Of a stretch of 64,000 nt of DNA, positions 21,625-33,240 are shown in pieces (the first letter of the stretch is position 1; each line of letters starts with the position of its first letter). A model generated the notes under the pieces. It searched no databases. It worked only from the letters and a program-made list of their open reading frames with translations, and was not told the origin of the DNA. The translations under genes and the position numbers were made by a program. The stretch spans positions 66,092,001 through 66,156,000 of the forward strand of contig NC_088799.1 of NCBI RefSeq assembly GCF_011386835.1, in the 5' to 3' direction. Origin of the DNA: Chrysemys picta bellii (Eukaryota).

Positions 21625-22808
21625 GACAGGTTTCAGAGTGGTAGCAGTGTTAGTCTGTATCAGCAAAAACAATGAGGATTCCTTATGGTACCTTAGAGAC
21701 TAACAAATTTATTTGGGCATAAGCTTTCATGGGCTAAAACCCACTTCATCAGATGCATGGAGTGAAAAATACAGTAAGTAGTATATACAGGGCCGGCTCA
21801 GGCGTTTTTGCCACCCCAAGCGGTGAAGGAAAAAAAAAAAAAAGCCGCGATTGGCGGCACTTCAGCGGCAGCTCAACCGCACCTCTGCATTCCTCAGTGG
21901 CAATTCGGTGGCGGGTCCTCACTCCAAGAGAGACTGAGGGACCCACCGCTGAATTGCCGCCGAAGACCCGGACGTGCCGTGCCGCCCCTTCTCATTGGCC
22001 GCCCCAAGCACCTGCTTTGTTCACGGTGCCTGGAGCCAGCCCTGAGTATATATATCACAGCACATGAAAAGATGGGAGTTGCCTTACCAAGAGAGAGGTC
22101 AGTATAAACGAGGCCAATTCAATTAAGATGGAAGTGGCCTATTCTCAACAGTTGACAAGAAGGTGCAGGTGATATATGCCATCATGTGCCAGCAATGCCC
22201 CTCTGCCATGTACATTGGCCAAACTGGACAGTACCTACACAAAAAAATAAATGGACACAAATCAGATATCAAGAATGGTAACATTCAAAAACCAGTAGAA
22301 GAGCACTTCAATCTCCCTGGACACTCAATAACAGACTTAAAAGTGGCCATTCTTCAACAAAAAAGCTATGAGAAACTGCAGAACTGGAATTAATTTGCAA
22401 ATTGGACACCATCAAATTAGGCCTGAATAAAGACTGGGAGTGGATGGGTCACTACAAAAAATAATTTTCCCTCTGCTGATACTCACATCTTCTTGTCAAC
22501 TGTTTGAAATGGGCGACGTCCACCTTGTTTGCATTGGCCTCATTAGTACTACAAAAGTAATTTTCCCTCTCTTGATATTCACCCCTTCTTGTCAGCTGTT
22601 GAGAATAGGCCACTTCCACCTTAACTGAATTGGCCTCGTTAGCACTGACCCCTCACTTGGTAAGGCAACTCCCATCTTTTCATGTCCTGTGATATATATA
22701 CTGCTTACTGTATTTTTCACTCCAGGCATCTGATGAAGTGAGTTTTAGCCCACGAAAGCTTATGCCCAAATAAATTTGTTAGTCTCTAAGGTGCCACAAG
22801 GACTCCTC
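21625..22808 (+). mobile_element. Penelope-like element fragment: GIY-YIG endonuclease remnant with an inverted 5' copy of the 3' tail
   Basis: VIYAIMCQQCPSAMYIGQTG...HFNLPGHS (from 22163) continues to ...KLDTIKLGLNKDWEW. The 3' tail at 22490-22808 is mirrored at 21625-22162. Hammerhead motifs at 21717-21756 (-) and 22725-22765 (+). Confidence 0.88.
21788..22044. mobile_element. hAT MITE (CAGGGCCGGCTC family, 257 bp) inserted in the Penelope fragment
   Basis: TIRs CAGGGCCGGCTC / GAGCCAGCCCTG. Perfect TSD AGTATATA. Confidence 0.92.
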
Positions 22809-25800
22809 AAAGATAATGAGACAGCCTTCTAAAAATCTCATGATTTTTAAAGCCAAATAAAGTCCACTGTTTTGTACCAATCTCTTGATTTTTTTCCACC
22901 TCTGGGGAAGCTGCTCCCTATCCCCAGTTTGCATGGGATCATCTCAGGGTCAAAATGCAACCTTAAATACATTCCTGTGCTCATTGAAACACATACACAG
23001 GCCTCCCTGTCCACTGCTTGGAGGGAACACCACTTACCCACTCATATCCCATGGGCATAGGGAGCTGCCATGTTATCCCTCTCTAGCTCCTTTCCAAGGA
23101 GACAAGACAGGCAGCTGCTGCACCATTCTCCCTGCAGGCTCCCACTACATGCCCCCCATATTCATGTCCCCCCCCCCAGTCTCCTGCCCATCACAATCTC
23201 CTCCTGCTTCCCAATGTCTGCTACCTGCATCCCCCCCACCCACTTGTCCCCTCATAGTTTACTGTCTTGTTTCTCAGCACTCTTACCCCACCTGCTGTGC
23301 CCAGAGCCCCATTTCCAGCACCTCTATGTTCTCCTGTTCCCTGCCTAGCCCACACATGGTGACAAAAGGGCCACCCATTTTCCCTGAAAGTGGCCTGTGG
23401 CTTCAGTCGAGTAATGGAAGATGGTGACCATTTTCGATAAGGACAAGCCTTCCCAAGGTTGAAGGCAGATACCAGCAAGTCACAGGAACCCTTAACCCTC
23501 CCGCCGCAATTTTCCAAGACTCACAATAAAAATCAGAGAGTTGGCAAAACTGCATCAGTGACCCTAAAATTCCAGGGCCAAATCCTAATCCATTGAAGTC
23601 AATGGGCATTTTGCTATGGGCCTGAATTCAGCCCATTGCTTCAGTCTATGTCAGGGTACACAGTCAAACATCCTGGCCTTGAGATAAACACCTCATCCCA
23701 GCTTTGGTTTCAACGGGGCGTAGCTATTCATGGCCAGATTCTGCTCTCAGCTACCCCAGTATAAGCCAGGAGTAACTGGAGGGAAGCCAGTGAAGTTATT
23801 CCCGATTTACTTCAGAGTGGGCGAGAGCTGAATCTCTCCCTCAGCCTCCAGGGAGAGGCCTCTGGGCTTCAACTCTCTTCTATTGTAGGAGCAGTTCCAG
23901 GTTTCCTTGGTAACCGTTGCCAGGTGAGACTGGGAGGTAGAATTTACTCCCCAGGTTGATAACAGAAGACGTTCTCCATTAGGGCTGCTAAAAAGCTACA
24001 CAGTGACCAAGAATCTAGTGTGGCTGCCAGTGGGCGTCGCCCACTGTGCGATAGATTCAGAGGCACGTGAAGGAGCATGCTGGCACCAGAAACTTCAGGG
24101 GCTGTTTAAACTCCCAGCCCACAAGTCCCTTAAGAGTCAGCACATATTTTAAAAATCTCGGTGTACATTGCTGCATTCCCTGAGATCCAGTGAACAAGGA
24201 CGGCTGTGATATCCTTAGAACTGAGAAGGAGCCGTGAGGATGGGGAGGCACTGGCGATTCACTCTGACAGGGATTGCTTAAGAACCGTGAGTATGAGTTA
24301 GGATGGGCTAGATTTGCTGTTATTTGGGACCCACGAAAACTGGCTAGGAATAGCCCAACTTGGTGAGAATTTGCTAGAACAAGATGGGATTGACTAGAGT
24401 TGGGAAGGAGGGTTAATGAGGTTAGCAGTTAAAACAGTGAGGCTAGGGATTACCTGGCACCAATTAGTGATGATTACAGTCAGCACTGGGTAAGGATTTC
24501 TTAAGATTCAGGAGGTCAGTGAAGACAACAAAAAGGAAAGGGTGACTGTGTCCTGATTTGCTCAGTGGAAAAGGGAGATCTGTTCTCAAGGGATCCATCT
24601 GATGCTTTCATAGGATCTGTAGAGAGTAGTGGGATCTGCTCTCTATGAACTCTTCTTGCTGTGCGGTGGGCATCATTTCCTCCTATGGTTCCAATACTGG
24701 CAAGGTAGATGGTAGCTGTAACATTCAGAGGGAGAGAGTGTTATTTTCTTGAAATGCCTCTTGTAATAAATGCCAACAAGTCAAAGCAAAATTGTGTGGC
24801 AAATATGAATGGTTAAATATCACACTGTCCCTTTAAATTCCAGTACAGCTCTGGCGGCTAATGATAAGTCGGATAATGGGGGCTTTAGACTCTGAGAACT
24901 AATTACACACAAACACCACATGGTCTGACTGGAATCACAAGATAACTGCTGCCTTTCCTGAGGAAAATTAGATGCTGATGAATTAAGGGCCTTCAACAGC
25001 CTGATGCTAGCTGACATGGAATAGCCTGATGGAGGGCTGCTGTAATAGGAGGAATGTTGTCACTAAACCCCCCGTTAGCTAGCAGTACATGTACCTCGCG
25101 TGTGGAACTAGCTAAAGTTCAGCTTGCTGTTGGATATCAGCACCCTGCCCTGGTGTCTTCCCCAGCTTGGCACTGGCACGCTGTCAAACAGGGCTAACAG
25201 AGCTCTCTTTTCCAGTCAATAGCTTTTTTGAGACATTTTGGGAGGGCGGAGTTAAATTTTCCTTTTGAGCTCACACACTACAGTGCTCTTAACCCCATGG
25301 AATGAAGGAAATGAGGGACCTGAAATCAAGTGTAGAGAGATAAGCAGCATCCCAGAGTATATTCAAATTCAGCATCTGAAAAACACTGCACAAACACCTG
25401 TTCATTCCTTATGAAACAAAGACATTTAAGCACATAGTGATGAGATGGGTAAGAAAACAGACGGGCTTGAAAGAGGTAAGGCAAACTGTTCCCAGAATGG
25501 GGAAACAGACCACGGGAAGAGCCAGATTGTTTCCCTTTGAATCCATTGGGATTTCTTGGGGGGCAGATCAGGGTGATGTACCCATCTGGATTAGGGCTTC
25601 ACACCCTGAGGATGCAGGAATGACTATTATGTGATTGACATACACAGATACTTGTTTGGGCTAGATTCAGTTGCAATAGGAGAATTAATTCCAACCTTTG
25701 CTCCGCGGAGGGAGAGGAGAGAATGTCCATAAAGGGCAGCCTTCTGTAAAGCTTGCAACCCCTCCCATTGGGCAACTGGACTAGTTTGCATAGCAGTTTG

Positions 25801-26947
25801 CTGCTAGGGGACAGGGGCTTTCAGTTTTCCCATGCCATTCCCATTCCAGGAGTTTTGTAGTGTATTTTACAGGAAAGGTGACCTTGGATGCAGCACTTGA
25901 TTTTCTGGCAGACCTTTGCTTTTTACCCAGTTTTTGTGCTGGGTTTCACTGGGGCACTTGGCCTCAATTAAGACAGCAAGCCCATGACAGAGACAGGCCT
26001 AGACGCTTTCCTCTAGCTTGTCTGTTACCCTTTCTTTCCCATTTCCCACACAGAGAGAAGTTAGCATGTAATTTCTCTGCACTAGACACCACTCCACAGT
26101 GCCTCTCCATTTGGGCATGGGGCATATCCCTCTCTTAACCTTTGATTACAGATTCTGAACAGCAATGCTGGACCTGAAGGATTCCTGGGCATGAGAGGGT
26201 TAACTTCCACTCTGGCCTGGGCTCCATTCCTGGTGGCCTCCTCATGCTGCTTGCAGCAATGACAATGGTAGGCATGATGTTGTGGCCCTGACCCTGCCTG
26301 GTACAGCCAGGTCACTCACAGACACACTCTGGCTGGCTCAGAGCATTAACGGGGCCACATAAGGTTAAACCTCCAGGGACCAGGTGAATCTGTTAATTAA
26401 AGAGACAAACTCTTACTACCTGGTTTATTGTAACAGTGTCACCTGCTGTGTGTATGGGAATTGCCACAAATCTGACAGAATTTGAGAGAATTACACTAAA
26501 TAAATCCACCAAAATAATAGACATGTCTTGATTTCTTTTAAAAGGCAATTCAGCAAACAAGCAGCAGTAACATTTCCCATGCCTGAGATTTATCACAAGA
26601 GAAACAATGAAATTCCCATCAACACTACCAACTCTCAGATGGTCACATAATATTACCCAAGTGTGTACCAAGTTATTATCTGCTCAGTATCTAATCAGAC
26701 ACTGACCAGTCACACTCGGCACAAAAGGTTGCTTTTATATAAGTCCGGCCCCAAGGCTGCTGCAGTTAGATCCATCGAATCTCTGACCCCAGGACTCCAT
26801 GCAGGTGCAGGATTCTGCCCAACTCAGATCTGATGACAGGATTGAGGCCTAATGTTGTACAAGACAAAAAAGAGCAATACAAAAGTCTCCAGGATGTCAG
26901 AAAGAAAAATCATATCAAAGCACTTTTCTAAAGCACCCCCCTGAAGT

Positions 26948-27044
26948 AAAAAGAAGAACAGGAGTACTTGTGGCACCTTAGAGACTAACAAATTTATTAG
27001 AGCATAAGCTTTCGTGGACTACAGCCCACTTCTTCGGATGCATA
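26948..27044 (-). mobile_element. Penelope-like element 3' tip (97 bp)
   Basis: Same tail as the other PLE copies (GTGGCACCTTAGAGACTAACAAATTTATT...AAGCTTTCGTGG). Flanked by the 11-bp direct repeat CCCCCTGAAGT. Confidence 0.8.
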
Positions 27045-28298
27045 CCCCCTGAAGTGTTTGCAATCCAAAGATTGCAGCATTATTTAGTGCAGGGAAACCT
27101 TGCGCTGAAAGCGAATGGAAGCAAAAGTAAAACTGACACATCTATGCTGAAATGCAAAAGCAGCAAAAATCCAGTCTGGGTTTTAACAAAGAATTGTTCA
27201 GTTTTAGTTATCTACACTATGTTGCTTTGCAAAATGGGTGAGTTTCTGACTTGCAAATGATTTTGAACCTACATTATCCCTTTAGCCACCAGTTTAGCTG
27301 GTCTAATCTTTGTAATTGTTCTGAACCCAGAGTTTCAATGTTGGTTTCCTTTATTTGTTGAATGTTTAATTTGTTAATATTTGGTGATTCCCATTTAATC
27401 CAGCTCCCTCATTCTGAGCTGCATTTTGCTTCTTTTCAGGGAGTGGAAAGAGGGCTTCAAAACACCCCTCCATCAGATCCCACAGCCACAGCTAAATATT
27501 TAGTCATTCCTCAATGCAAATTCTATTTGCAGAGAGATTTCTGATCCAAAATGGGGGATGGGGAACCATAGCTGCCTGTCTCTCCACTGAGACCCAGCTG
27601 CTTCTACCCCCGTTCATGACTATATTTGGGAAGCAGACAGTTTCTTTCTTGGCATGACCCAATGATTTCCTCCAGTAGTAATGCCTTCTTCAGGGTCCTA
27701 ATGCAACAGTGTTTCCAGGCAGACACCAAAGAACAGGAGAGAGGCTTGTTTTCAAGCAGCATGTGCTCAGCTCTCTGGTCTTTTAGCTCTTTAAAAGCAG
27801 CTTCTGTTCTCCATTTACAGAAGCTAAACTGCTGGGCAGGGAATATTTTGAACCGGAGAAGCCCATGAAGCATGGAGCTTCTTCTCCCTCTCCCCTCCTC
27901 CCCCCACCGCATATAAAATTATCTCATCAAACTTTATACAGGCCTTGGCTACACTTGCAGATGTACAGCGCTGTGAGTTAAACCTGACTTCGTGCAGCTG
28001 AGTAGGGAAAGCGCTGCAGTCTGTCCACACTGACAGCTGCCCTGTGCACTGTTGTGGCCACATTTGCGGCAATTGCAGCGCTACTGGGAGCGGTGCATTA
28101 TGGGCAGCTATCCCACAGAGCACCTTTTCCCATTCTGGCGCCGTGGGTTGTGGGAAGGGGGCGTGGGTGTGGGGGATTCTGGGTCCTGTCCCAATACCCC
28201 ATGATGCATCGCTTCGCCTCCCAGAAATCCCTTTGTTTCCGTCCACCTTTGGCGCCATCTTTCAACGGTTTCTGTGCAGCGCGATCTGTCTGCGGGAA

Positions 28299-29551
28299 AT
28301 GGAGTCCGAACTGCTGAGGCATATGCTGACGCATCTCGCCAGCACGTCACGTTTGGCTGTCGAACTATTCCTTAAGATCCAAAGTGACAGTGAGAGTGAA
28401 GGTGAGGAGTCCGACGATGCTATCGAGCCACGTAACGCGTACGACACAAAATTGCTTGTGGCATTCACGGACATGCTCCGCACCGTGGAACGCCGCTTTT
28501 GGGCTCGGGAAACAAGCACCGAGTGGTGGGATCACATCGTCATGGAAGTCTGGGATGACGAGCAGTGGCTGCAGAACTTTCGGATGAGAAAAGCCACTTT
28601 CATGGAACTGTGTGAGGAGCTCGCCCACACCCCGCGGTGCAAGGACACGAGATTGAGAGCTGCCCTGCCAGTGGAGAAGCGGGTGGCTATTGCAATCTGG
28701 AAGCTGGCAACTCCAGACAGCTACCGGTCGGTCGCAAACCAGTTTGGAGTGGGAAAGTCGACCGTTGAAATCGTGTTGATGCAAGTTTGCAAGGCCATTA
28801 ATCGCATCCTACTCAGAAGAACCGTGACTCTGGTAACGTGCAGGAAATAGTGGATGGCTTTGCACAAATGGGATTCCCTAACTGTGGAGGGGCGATAGAT
28901 GGGACGCACATTCCTATTCTGGCACCACCCCACCTAGGATCTGAGTATGTTAATCGGAAGGGGTATTTCTCTATGGTTCTCCAGGTGCTTGTGGATCACC
29001 GTGGGCATTTCATTGACATTAACACAGGCTGGCCCGGAAAGGTGCATGATGCACGCATCTTTCGGAACACTTGGCTGTTCAGGAAGATGCAGGCCAGGAC
29101 TTTTTTCCCAGAGCGTAAGATCACAGTAGGGGAAGTTGAAATGCCCATTGTGATTCTTGGAGATCCCGCTTACCCGTTAATGCCGTGGCTCATGAAACCC
29201 TACACAGGGAGCCTTGACAGCAGCAAGGAACGGTTCAACTACAGGCTGAGCCGGTGCCGAATGACTGTGGAGCGTGCCTTTGGCCGTTTAAAGGGCCGCT
29301 GGCGATCTCTGTATGGGAAGCTGGACTTGGCTGAAAACAGCATCCCCGTGGTTATATCTGCGTGCTGTGCCCTCCATAATATTTGTGAAGGGAAGGGTGA
29401 AAGCTTCACTCAGGCATGGACCTCCGAGGTTCAACACCTGGAGGCTGAATTTGCACAGCCAGAGAGCAGGGCTATTACAGGGTCCCAGCACGGGGCTGCA
29501 AAGATTAGGGATGCCTTGAGGGAGCAATTTGAGGCCGAAAACCAGCAGTGA
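28299..29551 (+). pseudogene. Harbinger DDE transposase with a 1-bp frameshift
   Basis: Start MESELL aligns with the paralogs. At ~28832, CTGGTAAC lacks one base relative to VTLGNVQ. The second frame (28838-29551) carries the GAIDGTH / LGDPAY / TVERAF motifs. Confidence 0.9.
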
Positions 29552-29714
29552 TATCTGGTGCCCTGCACGGGAGTCAAGTGCAGTAGTTCCAATCTTTAGG
29601 AATCAGTGTCTGCTTAGCAGACAAACAGACTTGCAGTGCCTGTTTATTTCCTGGGCTAAGGAGTCTTTTACTTTATGCAATAATAAAGAATGTTTTCAAA
29701 GCCAAAGAATCCAT

Positions 29715-30346
29715 TTATTGAAAAGAAAAAAAAATGTATTTATTGAAAAGGAACAAGGGGGTGGAGTGGGGAACAGTACAATCACAGATTTGCGTATGTC
29801 CTGTCTGGTGTGCTGTGCAGTGAATGCTGCACTTCAGGACAGCTATACTGTATGGTGATGGGGACTGAGTGCAGAGGCTAAGGGTCATGGTTTTCAGGGC
29901 TGGATGGTGAAGATACTGGTGTTGGAGGCAGTGGGTGGCGTGAAGAACACGGAAGTTGGGGAAAGTGGGTTGGAGGTGACAGTGGGGCACAACGGAAAGA
30001 GTTTTGGGACAAGGGCTGTAAGGGGTGGGGTGGCGTTTGCGGTACCGTTCCTCTTTCTGCATGGCTACCAGCTCCTGGATAGCATCTGCTTGGCGCTCCA
30101 GGATGCTTATGAGCCTATCAGTGCTTTGCCGCCGGTGCGCGGTGCTTTGCCGCCGGTGCGCTGCGTTTTCCTGGCAGATCCTGCTTTCTCTCTCCCTCCA
30201 GTTCTGTGCTTTCTCATTCTCTTTAATAGATTGCCGCATCACTTCTTGCAGCATGTCTTCTTTGCTTTTTCGCGGTCTCTTCCTGAGTCTTTGCAGTCTC
30301 TGAGCAGGCGATAAGAGGGACGGCTGAGGTCTCAAGGTTGGTGCAG
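29715..30346 (-). pseudogene. Myb/SANT partner exon 2 (third element), frameshifted tail
   Basis: Acceptor TTTTGCCTATACAG. Encodes RLRKRPRKSKEDMLQE. 21-bp duplication at 30121-30162. The PLQPLSQ homology lies in a shifted frame near 30030. The left coordinate is approximate. Confidence 0.75.
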
Positions 30347-30638
30347 CTGTATAGGCAAAATGCAACATTTAACAGAGGCAGCATTGTTTATACCAGACAG
30401 AGTAATGATTCCCCCCACACTTAAGGAGTAGAAAACACACAGGGTCTACACAATAGCATAATTTTCCCGTCCAAAACAGAGCACACACATCCCATGGGAG
30501 CCTCAAAATGGTGAGTAAGGGGGACTGATTGTTTCAGGGCAGCACTGTCCTCTGGGTTTCTGTGCCTTGGGGAGAGCCAACAGCTTCAGGGGGTACCTAC
30601 ACTGAACACTGTCCCAACATTTTCCACAGGAGTTCGTC

Positions 30639-30932
30639 CTGGACGATATCTCGCTGCTAAGGGTGACCTGGGAGGCAAGGGAGGGTCTTCTACTGCAATG
30701 CGGCTTCCGCCCTGGCCCATATGCAGCTTGCCTGTGTGCAGCAATGGTCCCCCCGCCCCTCGCGGCACAGTGGCACGGACACGTTAGCCTGGCTGGAACA
30801 AGGACCATGGTGGCTCTCCCGGTAAACCTGCGCAAGCGCATTGCACACGTTCTGGATGAGACATTCGAGAAGATTACCGAGGCCGATTACCGCGTTGTGA
30901 TAAACCACATCAATGCACTATTCCACATCTAG
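30639..30932 (+). CDS. ORF3 homolog of the third element (no ATG; CTG at the aligned start)
   Basis: LDDISLLRVTWEAREGLLLQCGFRPGPYAACLCAAMVP...ALPVNLRKRI...HINALFHI* is 43/96 identical to 14750-15040 without gaps. Preceded by the acceptor-like ACATTTTCCACAG at 30617-30629. Confidence 0.65.
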   Translation: MDDISLLRVTWEAREGLLLQCGFRPGPYAACLCAAMVPPPLAAQWHGHVSLAGTRTMVALPVNLRKRIAHVLDETFEKITEADYRVVINHINALFHI

Positions 30933-31006
30933 GCATGCATGCCTAACCCTCCTCTCCCAAAGATCCCGCACCGAAAAAATTCCTTCCCGGAAAAAAAACC
31001 GCTTAC

Positions 31007-31528
31007 CGGGAACCTGCTCTTCTGTTTGTCCTCCACCAAGTTCCGGCCGCTGCGACTGGCTACCTTCCTCCTGGCTCGAGAAGAGCTCCTGGCTGCATGG
31101 CTCCAGGGATTCCGGGATGTCTCCATCCGGCCCACCACCATCACTCCCGTTTTCCTCCTCCTCTTCCTCCCCCCTGCACACCAGCTCTGAAGTGTCCATG
31201 GTGGTGCTCGGAGTGGAGGTGGGGTTAACCCCAAGTATCGCATCCAGCTCTTTGTAGAATCGGCAGGTCGCAGGGGGAGCACCAGAGCGGCCATTTGCGT
31301 GCGGGCTTTGCGGTAGGCACTCCGCAGCTCCTTGACTTTAATCCTGCACTGCAGGGTGACCCGGTCATGGCCCCTTTCCATCATGTCCTTTGATACCTTC
31401 CCAAAGGTATCATAATTCCTACGGCTGGAGCGCAGCTGGGACTGGACAGCTTCCTCCCCCGAAACATTGATGAGGTCCAGCAACTCGCCATTGCTCCATG
31501 CTGGGGCTCGCTTGGCGCGTGGAGGCAT
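31007..31528 (-). pseudogene. Myb/SANT partner exon 1 (third element) with a 1-bp frameshift
   Basis: MPPRAKRAPAWSNGELLDLI...QCRIKVKELRSAYRK shifts at ~31300 into ANGRSGAPPATCRFYKELDAIL. Donor G|GTAAGC at 31007/31006. Confidence 0.85.
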
Positions 31529-33063
31529 GGTCACCTGGAAAGATTCGCTGATAGCACTCCATGCCACGCCGGGCTGAGCAAACAGGAAGGGGATTTTTAA
31601 AATTCCCGGGGAATGTAAAGGGTCGGTCACATGGTTGGTTACCTGAGGCCAGGGCAGTAGAGTTTGAACTGATGACCAGAGTGGCTAGAACAGGCATTGT
31701 GGGATACTGCCGAATAATTCTGGAGGCCATTCACAGCACATTGGGCGGCCACACTGGCGCCGCAGCGCTGCAGCGGCAGCGCAATACTCACTATTCCTCT
31801 CGGAGAGGTGGAGTACATGCAGCGCTGCAACCACGGAGATACAGTGCTGCACATGCCTTGCCAGTGTGGACGGGGAGTGAGTTACAGCGTTGGGGGAGCC
31901 TTTACAGCGCTGTAACTCGCAAGTGTAGCCAAGGCCACAGAGAGAAAATAAAGCTCATACAGTGAATTCTGTATTTGGGTTTTATATTTAGGATGAGCAA
32001 TATTGCAACCCCAAAATGTTCTGAGATCATGAGTCAGGGCCCAAAGATCATGAGGAAAAAACAGAACACATATATGTTGGGTAACCACAAGGGCTAGAAA
32101 CTCCCCCCCCCCTTTCCCAGTAATTAAAAGCCAAGATTCTCCCATGATCACAGGACTCAGAGAGCTGGGGCTTTAAGAAAAGTGCCAAATATTGTGAGAT
32201 TTGTAAAAACCAAGAAGACTTGGCAACACTGGCTGAGAAGAAGGATGGTCTTGTAGTTCAGGCCCAAGACTGGGACTCACCAGGTCTAGAATCAATTTCC
32301 TGCTCTGCAGCCATCTCCAGTGTTTGATCTTGGACAAGCCACTTCATCTATCTGTAAAATAGAACTAATGCTGTCTGTTTTGTCTATTTAGATGGTAACC
32401 TCTTCAAGGCAAGGCCTGTGTTTCACTATGGGCCTGCAGTGCCTAGCATAATAGGGCTCTAAGTCCTACTGTGATACAAATAAGTAATAATTAGTGTATT
32501 TGGAAAAGACTATGGGAAGCGTTCCGAGAAACCATCCACAAATAACTCTCTCCTAGCTGCTTTAGAGCAATGCTACATTATTCCTTGTTTTTAGCCCTAA
32601 CTTTCTTTATCATCATTTTGTAATTTCTATTGGGAAACTCTGGTCACCTCTTATCCAGGGAAATAAGAAACTCCCTCATCTGTTCCATTTCTTAGATACC
32701 TGATGCCACCTGGCACTATGCTCATCTTAGAGGCAGCAACCGCTTCTACAGCATGGCAACTAAAATGGCACACAACTCTCCAGATGGGAACTAACTCTTG
32801 CTTCACATGGAATGATTTATTTCTGTTCCCTCCCTCTGCTTGCAGTCACTCCTTGTTTACCTCTGTCCTATTTTGTACTGCTGCTCTGCAATAAACTGAG
32901 AGTTCAAGGCCTTCTCCATAGTAACCTCAGGCCCAGTTCAGCACAGATACATGCATGCCCATCCCATTGATTATAATTGGAATGCTAAGTGGATTTGGGA
33001 GCAGAATTTAGCTTGAGATCTTATGCTTACAATCTTGTTTTATGATCTGTCTGTTAAAGCACA

Positions 33064-33240
33064 AGATTGAGTCTGATGTAGGTTCTGATCCTGGCTCTAC
33101 CAGTGACTTGCTGTGTGAATTAGGGCAATTCCCTTAACCTCTCTCTGTGCCTCATCTATAAAATGGGGATGATCATACCAACCTCACAGTAGGAGATATG
33201 CAGCTTAATTGGTTAATTCCTGTGAAGTACTTTGAGATTC
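33064..33240 (+). mobile_element. Old MIR/CORE-type SINE remnant
   Basis: CORE-like GGCTCTACCAGTGACTTGCTGTGTGA...CTCTGTGCCTCATCTATAAAATGGGGAT. Confidence 0.55.

Larger units (their letters stand above)
27941..31936 (+). mobile_element. PIF/Harbinger DNA transposon, full length (3996 bp), decayed
   Basis: TIRs GGCCTTGGCTACACTTGC / GCAAGTGTAGCCAAGGCC. ACA TSD (27938-27940, 31937-31939). Contains transposase (+), Myb (-) and ORF3 (+). Confidence 0.94.

Noticed and set aside
28044-28298. N-terminal extension of the third transposase in the ORF track
   Set aside because: It lies in the subterminal region. The paralogous starts (MEPA...) align with the ATG at 28299.
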